Below are positions 52,413 through 58,375 of a stretch of 58,375 bases of DNA, one piece after another. Where the stretch lies: NCBI GenBank assembly GCA_044869895.1, contig JBIOXZ010000088.1, positions 1 through 58,375 of the forward strand. The letters are read 5' to 3'. The DNA is from Actinomycetota bacterium. Its GTDB lineage: Bacteria; Actinomycetota; UBA4738; HRBIN12. The notes beneath the pieces are model-generated. The model made no database searches. It saw only the letters and a list, made by a program, of their open reading frames with translations, and was not told the DNA's origin. The position numbers and the translations under genes were made by a program. The number at the start of each line of letters is the position of its first letter. Position 1 is the first letter of the stretch.

Positions 52413-53990
52413 CTATCCCTCGTCCCGCCGGGGGTGAAGCAGGCCGTACAGGTAACCGTCGGTGAGGGCCTCCCAGGACGCTTCGATGATGTTGCTCGAC
52501 ACGCCGACCGTGGTCCACTCGCCCTGGCCGTTGGAGGTGTCGACCAACACGCGGACCGTTGCGCCGGTGCCGATATTCTCGTCGAGCACGCGGACCCGGT
52601 AGTCCTCCAGGGTGATGTGCTCCAGCTCCGGATACTCGTTCGACAGGGCCTTGCGAAGGGCGTTGTCCAGGGCCCCGACGGGACCGTGACCCTCCGCGCT
52701 CTCGACGTGGCGGCCGCCGCCGGCCCGGACCTTGACGGTGGCCTCGGCCAGGGCCTCCTCTTCCTGGCGTCGTTCCACGTGCACCCGGTAGCTCTCGACC
52801 TCGAAGAAGGGCTGTATCCATCCGTCGTGCCGGCGCATCAAGAGCTCGAGCGACGCGTCGGCCACCTCGAACGTGTAGCCCCGGGCCTCCCGGTCCTTCA
52901 GCTCGGCGAGCAACTGCGGGATCGCGTCGTCGGAGAGCTCCAGTCCTAACTGTCCGGCCTTCATCTTCATTGACGCAGTGCCGGAGAGATCGGAGGCCAC
53001 GACGCCCCGCCGGTTGCCCACGGATTCCGGCGGGATGTGCTCGTACGCCTGGGCGAACCTGGCCACCCCGCTCGTGTGCAGTCCGGCCTTGTGGGTGAAC
53101 GCGTAGCGGCCCGCGTACGGCTGATGCGAATCGGGAGTGACGTTGGCCACCTCGGCCACGTAGTGCGACAGCTCGGTGAGCCGGCCGATCGAGTCGGGGA
53201 GGAGCGGCCGGGCTCCCATCTTCAGGGCCAGGTTGGCGGCGATCGGCACCAGGTCGGCGTTGCCGGTCCGCTCCCCGTAGCCGTTGATCGTCCCCTGGAC
53301 TTGGTAGACCCCGGCCTCCACGGCCACGATCGAGTTGGCCACGGCGCAGCCTGCGTCGTTGTGGACGTGGACGCCGAGGGGAACGCCGGCGCTCACACGC
53401 ACCTCACCGACGACGCGGGAGACATCGGGAGGCAGGGCGCCCCCGTTCGTGTCGCACAGCACCAGCCGTTCGGCGCCCGCCTCCTCAGCTGCTGCCAGTA
53501 CTGCCAGGGCGAACGAACGATTCAGTCGGTACCCGTCGAAGAAGTGCTCGGCGTCGAAGAACACCCGCCGACCCTCGGAGACCAGAAAGGCGATCGAGTC
53601 CCGGACCATGGCCACGCCCTCGTCGAGGGTGGTCCGCAGGGCCTCGGTGACGTGGAGGTCCCACGACTTCCCCACGAGGCACACGACCTCGGTGCCGGCG
53701 TCCAGGAGGTCGCGAAGGACGGCGCTGTCCTCGGCCCGCTCACCGGCCTTGCGGGTCATGCCGAACGCGGTGAGGGTCGCGTGCTGCAGCCTCTCCTTGG
53801 TGGCCAGCCGGAAGAAATCGGTCTCCCGAGGGTTCGCGCCCGGCCAGCCCCCTTCGACGTACGGGAAGCCCATCGAGTCCAACCGGTGCAGGATCCGCAG
53901 CCGGTCCTCGATCGACAACGAGAGGCCGGCCCGCTGCGCCCCGTCGCGCAGGGTGGTGTCGTACAGCTCGACCTGGACGGCCGCGGTCAT
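52413..53990 (-). CDS. cimA: citramalate synthase-type member of the 2-isopropylmalate synthase/homocitrate synthase family
   Basis: ATG 53990 inside ORF 52413..54374 overlaps the leuB stop (ATGA). The 525-aa protein has ELYDTTLRDGAQRAGLSLSIEDRLRILHRLDSMGFPYVEGGWPGANPRETDFF and a C-terminal LeuA-dimer regulatory domain. This pattern and length fit the CimA-type clade rather than canonical LeuA; the call was made by eye. Confidence 0.75.
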   Translation of the reverse strand: MTAAVQVELYDTTLRDGAQRAGLSLSIEDRLRILHRLDSMGFPYVEGGWPGANPRETDFFRLATKERLQHATLTAFGMTRKAGERAEDSAVLRDLLDAGTEVVCLVGKSWDLHVTEALRTTLDEGVAMVRDSIAFLVSEGRRVFFDAEHFFDGYRLNRSFALAVLAAAEEAGAERLVLCDTNGGALPPDVSRVVGEVRVSAGVPLGVHVHNDAGCAVANSIVAVEAGVYQVQGTINGYGERTGNADLVPIAANLALKMGARPLLPDSIGRLTELSHYVAEVANVTPDSHQPYAGRYAFTHKAGLHTSGVARFAQAYEHIPPESVGNRRGVVASDLSGTASMKMKAGQLGLELSDDAIPQLLAELKDREARGYTFEVADASLELLMRRHDGWIQPFFEVESYRVHVERRQEEEALAEATVKVRAGGGRHVESAEGHGPVGALDNALRKALSNEYPELEHITLEDYRVRVLDENIGTGATVRVLVDTSNGQGEWTTVGVSSNIIEASWEALTDGYLYGLLHPRRDEG

Positions 53991-55057
53991 GCGCTCGCCC
54001 CCTCGACGACCAGGTCGCCCACCTCGGAAGTCGTGTAGCCCATCTCGCCTGCCCGCATCGAGTGCAACTTCGAACACGCGAACCGGATCCCGGCGTCGAC
54101 CCGGGTGGCGCCGTCGCGCTCCCCCAGGTTCTCGAGCAACATCCCGAGGGCGCCGATGGCGGCGAGCGGGTTGATCGTGCCCTTCCCGGTCTCGTTCGGA
54201 GCCGTCCCGCCGATCGGCTCGAACATCGATACTCCGCCGGGATTGATGTTCCCGCCGGCCGCGATCCCCAGCCCGCCCTGCAGCATCGCGCCGAGGTCCG
54301 TGATGATGTCGCCGAACATGTTGTCGGTGACGATCACATCGAACCGCGACGGCCGGTCCAGGAAGTAGATGCACGCCGCGTCGACGTGGACGTAGTCGGT
54401 TTCGACCTCGGGGAACTCGCGGGAGACCTCGTCGACGACGCGCTGGTACAGGTCGCCGGCGTAGGTCAGCACGTTCGTCTTGTGGACGAGCGTGAGCTTC
54501 CTCCTTCGATCCGGCCTCCCCGCGTACTCGAACGCGTACCGGACGATCCGCTCGACGCCGTGCCGGGTGTTCACGGACTCCTGCACCGCAACCTCGTGCG
54601 GCGTCCCCTTGCGATGGAACCCTCCGGCCCCCGTGTAGAGCCCCTCGCCGTTCTCCCGGACGACCACGAAGTTGACATCGGCCTCCGTCTGCGACGGGAT
54701 GAGGGTCTTCACGCCCGGATATCGGATCACCGGACGGAGGTTGACGTACTGGTCGAGCTCGAACCGGATCCGGAGGAGCAGGTCGCGCTCGAGGATCCCC
54801 GGTTTCACGCGCGGGTCGCCGACGGCCCCGAGGAAGATGCCGTCCGTCTGTCGCAGGACGGCGAGTTCCTCGTCTGGGAGGACTTCACCGGTCTTCAGGT
54901 ATCGGTCGGCGCCGAGGTGCAGGGCAACGGTCTCGACATCGAAACCCTCGGAAGCCGAGACCGCTCGGAGCACCTTCAGGCCCTCCTGGACGACCTCCGG
55001 CCCGGTGCCGTCCCCCGGGATCACCCCGATCCGATGGCGCGAGCTCACCGGGGCCAT
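53987..55057 (-). CDS. leuB: 3-isopropylmalate dehydrogenase
   Basis: Motifs are [36 protein letters not shown] and [19 protein letters not shown]. Confidence 0.95.
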   Translation of the reverse strand: MAPVSSRHRIGVIPGDGTGPEVVQEGLKVLRAVSASEGFDVETVALHLGADRYLKTGEVLPDEELAVLRQTDGIFLGAVGDPRVKPGILERDLLLRIRFELDQYVNLRPVIRYPGVKTLIPSQTEADVNFVVVRENGEGLYTGAGGFHRKGTPHEVAVQESVNTRHGVERIVRYAFEYAGRPDRRRKLTLVHKTNVLTYAGDLYQRVVDEVSREFPEVETDYVHVDAACIYFLDRPSRFDVIVTDNMFGDIITDLGAMLQGGLGIAAGGNINPGGVSMFEPIGGTAPNETGKGTINPLAAIGALGMLLENLGERDGATRVDAGIRFACSKLHSMRAGEMGYTTSEVGDLVVEGASA

Positions 55058-56589
55058 GCCTCGGTGGTGCTTGTGGACCCCGGCTGCACCTGCAGGGCCC
55101 GGTTGATGGCCGCCAGGTAGGCTCGGGCGCTAGCCTCGACCACGTCGGTGGCCACGCCGCGGCCGGTGATCCGATGACCCCCCACGTCGAGCTGCACGAC
55201 CACGTCGCCGAGCGCGTCGGATCCGGAGGTCACACTGGAGACGTTGAACGAGACGAGCCGGGCCTCCACGCCCGACGCCCGCTGGATGGCACCGATGGCC
55301 GCGTCGATCAGGCCGTCGCCGATGGCCGACTCCTCGATGGGCTCCACGCCCTTTCGCAGTCGAACCGTGGCTCGCGGCTCCTGGCCGGTCCCCCCGGCTA
55401 CGACCAGTGACTCGAGCACGAACACGTCCTGCTCGGCCTGGCCGATCTCCTCGGACACGATGGCCTGGAGATCCTGGTCCGTGAGTTGGATCTTGCGGTC
55501 GGCCAGGTCCTTGAACCTGACGAATGCCCGGTTCAAGTGCTCGGGATCCAGGCGCATGCCGAGGTTCTCCAACGCATCGGCGAACGCGTGCCGACCGGAG
55601 TGCTTGCCCAGGACGATCCGGTTGCCCTCCAGGCCGATCTCGAGGGGATCCATGATCTCGTACGTGGCCCGATTGGCCAGCACGCCGTGTTGGTGGATCC
55701 CCGATTCGTGGGCGAACGCCGACGAGCCGACCACCGCCTTGTTCGGTTGGACCGAGTAGCCGGTCGTCATCGAGACCAGGCGGGAAGTCCGCATGATCTC
55801 CTTCGCGTTCAGCCGGTGGCCGATGCCCAGGGCACGGCCCCGGGTCCGCACGATCATCGCGATCTCCTCGAGCGAGCAGTTGCCGGCCCGCTCGCCGATG
55901 CCGTTCACCGCCACCTCAACCTGCCGGGCCCCGTTGACGATGCCGGCCAGCGAGTTGGCCACGGCCAGCCCGAGGTCGTTGTGGCAATGCGTCGACACCA
56001 CGACGTGATCGGGGACCGCCTCGCGCACCTCTCGCACCAGCTCGCCGAACTCGTGAGGCATGGCATAGCCCACGGTGTCGGGCACGTTGATCGTCGTGGC
56101 GCCGGCCTCCACGGCCACCCGGAAGCACTCGAGCAGGAACCCGAGCTCGGTGCGCGTGGCGTCCTGGGCCGAGAACTCGACGTCGTCGGTGTAGCCGACG
56201 GCCTGCTTGACGCCGTCGCGGATGGCGTCGAGCACCTGGGGCTGCGACATCCGGAGCATGTCCTTCATGTGGATATCGCTCGTAGAGACGAAGGTGTGGA
56301 TCCGCCACCGATCGGCGCCCTTCAGGGCCTCGGCGGCCCGGTCGATGTCGCCGGGGACCACCCGGGCCAGGGCCGCGATGACCGGGCCGCGGACGCTCGT
56401 GGCGATTTCCCGGACGGCCTCGAACTCGCCCTCCGACGAGACGGGAAAGCCCGCCTCGATGATGTCGACCTCGAGGCGGGCCAGCTGCTCCGCGATCTCG
56501 ACCTTCTCGGGCCTGGTAAGCGCGATCCCGGGGGCCTGCTCGCCGTCGCGGAGCGTGGTATCGAAGATGCGTACTACATCGTCAGGCAT
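55045..56589 (-). CDS. leuA: 2-isopropylmalate synthase
   Basis: Motifs are [59 protein letters not shown] and NGIGERAGN, plus a C-terminal regulatory domain. It overlaps the leuB start by 13 nt. Confidence 0.95.
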   Translation of the reverse strand: MPDDVVRIFDTTLRDGEQAPGIALTRPEKVEIAEQLARLEVDIIEAGFPVSSEGEFEAVREIATSVRGPVIAALARVVPGDIDRAAEALKGADRWRIHTFVSTSDIHMKDMLRMSQPQVLDAIRDGVKQAVGYTDDVEFSAQDATRTELGFLLECFRVAVEAGATTINVPDTVGYAMPHEFGELVREVREAVPDHVVVSTHCHNDLGLAVANSLAGIVNGARQVEVAVNGIGERAGNCSLEEIAMIVRTRGRALGIGHRLNAKEIMRTSRLVSMTTGYSVQPNKAVVGSSAFAHESGIHQHGVLANRATYEIMDPLEIGLEGNRIVLGKHSGRHAFADALENLGMRLDPEHLNRAFVRFKDLADRKIQLTDQDLQAIVSEEIGQAEQDVFVLESLVVAGGTGQEPRATVRLRKGVEPIEESAIGDGLIDAAIGAIQRASGVEARLVSFNVSSVTSGSDALGDVVVQLDVGGHRITGRGVATDVVEASARAYLAAINRALQVQPGSTSTTEAWPR

Positions 56590-57598
56590 CGGGCACCACC
56601 TTTTTCTCCGACTCCAGCCACGGCATCATCCGGCGAAGCTCGCGCCCGACGTCCTCGATACGGGACGTCCGGGCCTGGCTCCGGAGCCTGTGGAAGTTCG
56701 GGAACCCGCTGTCGGCCTCGGTGATCCACTCCTTGGCGAACTGCCCGCTCTGGATCTCGTCCAGGATCCGCTGCATCTCCGAGCGAACCTCACCGTCGAT
56801 CACTCGGGGGCCCCGCGTGTAGTCGCCGTACTCGGCCGTGTCGGAGATCGAGTACCGCATCCAGCTCATGCCGCCCTCGTACATCAGGTCCACGATCAGC
56901 TTCAGCTCGTGGAGGCACTCGAAGTACGCGATCTCGGGTTGGTAGCCGGCACGCACCAGTGTCTCGAACCCCGAGCGGACCAGCTCGGTGACCCCGCCGC
57001 ACAGTACGACCTGCTCACCGAACAGGTCGGTCTCGGTCTCCTCCTTGAAGCTCGTTTCGATCACGCCCGCCCGAGCCACACCGATACCCGCCGCGTACGC
57101 CAGCGCGCGCTGGAGAGCTTTTCCGGTGGCGTCCTGGTGCACGGCGATCAACGCAGGCGTCCCGATCCCCTGCTCGTACGTTCGCCGCAGAAGATGGCCG
57201 GGGCCCTTGGGCGCGATCATCGTGACGTCCACCCCCTCCGGCGGCCGGATCCGGCCGAAGTGGACGTTGAACCCGTGGGCGAACATCAACATGTTGCCCG
57301 GTTCCAGGTTCGGGCCGATCTCGGACTCATAGGAGGCGGCCTGCGCGGTGTCCGGGAGCAGGACCATGGCCACATCGGCGTCCCTGACCGCCTGGGCCGT
57401 CGGAAGGACGCGGAGGCCCGCCGCCTCGGCCACGGGCCACGACGTCGAGGCTTCTCGCAATCCCACCCGGACGTCGTGCCCGGACTCCTTGAGGTTCAGG
57501 GCGTGCGCGTGCCCCTGGCTCCCGAACCCAAGGACCGCGACGCGCTGCCCTTCGAGCGCCGAACGGTCGGCATCCTTCTCGTAGTAGATCGTTGCCAT
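56582..57598 (-). CDS. ilvC: ketol-acid reductoisomerase (class I)
   Basis: Motifs are [40 protein letters not shown] and [10 protein letters not shown]. It overlaps the leuA start by 8 nt. Confidence 0.95.
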   Translation of the reverse strand: MATIYYEKDADRSALEGQRVAVLGFGSQGHAHALNLKESGHDVRVGLREASTSWPVAEAAGLRVLPTAQAVRDADVAMVLLPDTAQAASYESEIGPNLEPGNMLMFAHGFNVHFGRIRPPEGVDVTMIAPKGPGHLLRRTYEQGIGTPALIAVHQDATGKALQRALAYAAGIGVARAGVIETSFKEETETDLFGEQVVLCGGVTELVRSGFETLVRAGYQPEIAYFECLHELKLIVDLMYEGGMSWMRYSISDTAEYGDYTRGPRVIDGEVRSEMQRILDEIQSGQFAKEWITEADSGFPNFHRLRSQARTSRIEDVGRELRRMMPWLESEKKVVPDA

Positions 57599-57644
57599 GA
57601 CCCGTCTCCTTCGTCCCGCCCGGCCTCGCCAGAGACCGATTCGC

Positions 57645-58202
57645 TCACACGCCTCCGCCGGTCCACTCCGCGGCGTCCTCCGCGCCGGCGGCGAGCCGGC
57701 GCTGCCCCCGCTCGCGGATGCCCCGGTCGCCCCGGGCCAGGGCCACCCGCCCCGTCCTGGCCAGCTCCACGATGCCGAAGTCCGAGAGGAGCTCGGTCAG
57801 GGCCTCGAGCTTGTCCGGCGGGCCCGTTCCCTCGATGGTCAGCGTCTTGTGCGTGACGTCGAGGACCCGGACCCTGAACACCCCACAGATCTCGAGGACC
57901 CGGGCCCGGGCGTCGCCCTCGGCCCGGACCTTGATCAGCGCGAGCTCGCGCTCCACCGCGTCGTCCGTTTCGTGCTCCAGGACCTTGATCACGTTGATCA
58001 GCCGGTTCAGCTGCTTCGTGACCTGCTCGAGCGGCTTCTTCTCCACGTCGACCACGATGGTCATACGCGACAGTCCGGGCTCCTCGGTGGGGCCCACCGC
58101 CAGCGACTCGATGTTGAACCCCCGCGCGGCGAACAGACCGGCTACCCGGGTCAGCACGCCGGGCTTGTCCTCCACCAGGATCGACATGGTGTGCAGGCTC
58201 AT
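57645..58202 (-). CDS. ilvN: acetolactate synthase small (regulatory) subunit
   Basis: ATG 58202 inside ORF 57645..58319. [51 protein letters not shown] is the ACT domain of IlvN/IlvH. Confidence 0.95.
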   Translation of the reverse strand: MSLHTMSILVEDKPGVLTRVAGLFAARGFNIESLAVGPTEEPGLSRMTIVVDVEKKPLEQVTKQLNRLINVIKVLEHETDDAVERELALIKVRAEGDARARVLEICGVFRVRVLDVTHKTLTIEGTGPPDKLEALTELLSDFGIVELARTGRVALARGDRGIRERGQRRLAAGAEDAAEWTGGGV

Positions 58203-58375
58203 GCGATCGGGGCCTCCTTGGGGTCCTCGGTCGGCCGGGCGCCGCCGGGGCCGAGGACGATGTCGTCGTTCGAGCTGCCCGCGGCGACCATGGGGAAGCA
58301 CATCTCCTTTGGATCGCACCGGAAGTCGATCACCACGCTTCGGTCCTCGACCGACAGCGCCTTCTCGATCACCGC
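58199..58375 (-). CDS. ilvB: acetolactate synthase large subunit, 3' end only (gene runs off the window)
   Basis: Hand translation of the minus strand from the window edge gives AVIEKALSVEDRSVVIDFRCDPKEMCFPMVAAGSSNDDIVLGPGG...APIA-stop. This is typical of the AHAS catalytic subunit C-terminus. Its stop overlaps the ilvN start (ATGA at 58199-58202). Confidence 0.85.
   Translation of the reverse strand, partial: AVIEKALSVEDRSVVIDFRCDPKEMCFPMVAAGSSNDDIVLGPGGARPTEDPKEAPIA

Noticed and set aside
1-58375. A search for tRNA/rRNA genes, integrases, transposases, terminal inverted repeats, phage genes or a compositional island.
   Set aside because: I found no T-loop-like GGTTCGAATCC-type sequences or rRNA-like stretches. 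No ORF has recombinase or transposase motifs. Only short AT-richer promoter-sized patches occur (for example 1130-1240 and 28540-28640). The window looks like ordinary chromosome rather than a mobile element.

Overview
This is a very GC-rich, gene-dense chromosomal segment with about 55 protein-coding genes on both strands. It has an actinobacterial flavour: F420/LLM-type oxidoreductases, a PASTA Ser/Thr kinase, an ECF sigma factor, an IclR regulator divergent from leuCD, and many long spurious antisense ORFs of the kind high GC produces. All family assignments come from reading the translated ORFs and motifs by eye; no searches were run.

Content:
- The right end carries a tightly overlapped branched-chain amino-acid operon on the minus strand: ilvB (partial)-ilvN-ilvC-leuA-leuB-cimA, possibly followed by a GNAT gene. 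leuCD sits separately next to its IclR regulator.
- The rest mixes signalling genes with redox and secreted or membrane proteins.
- Signalling genes: a membrane class III adenylate cyclase, a GGDEF-EAL protein, a PAS histidine kinase, a PASTA kinase, an ECF sigma with a putative anti-sigma, and an XRE-TPR regulator.
- Redox enzymes: two LLM oxidoreductases, an orphan NuoF-like flavoprotein, a membrane-fused sulfite-oxidase-family Mo enzyme, an alcohol dehydrogenase (ADH), an aldo/keto reductase (AKR), and a beta-carbonic anhydrase.
- Secreted or membrane proteins: a PQQ dehydrogenase with a PKD domain, a BNR/sialidase-like protein, an EEP phosphoesterase, PBP4, and a bactofilin.
- I found no rRNA, tRNA, CRISPR array, transposase, integrase or phage genes.

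Best candidates for something not yet described:
1. Two paralogous genes (23039-24367 and 50592-51842) encode a cytoplasmic degenerate receiver domain, one TM helix, a conserved helical ectodomain and a tandem-repeat low-complexity tail.
2. A translationally coupled DUF1326-DUF2182-LLM oxidoreductase-PLP decarboxylase operon (12712-16576) has a palindrome upstream. It lies next to a STAND-type regulator gene broken by three frame displacements.
3. A 45-aa membrane mini-protein gene is insulated by hairpins and sits behind a perfect TGTGA-N6-TCACA (CRP/GlxR-type) box. It is adjacent to the orphan NuoF-like gene and the Mo enzyme, which carries an internal twin-arginine motif.

None of these is proven by sequence alone.
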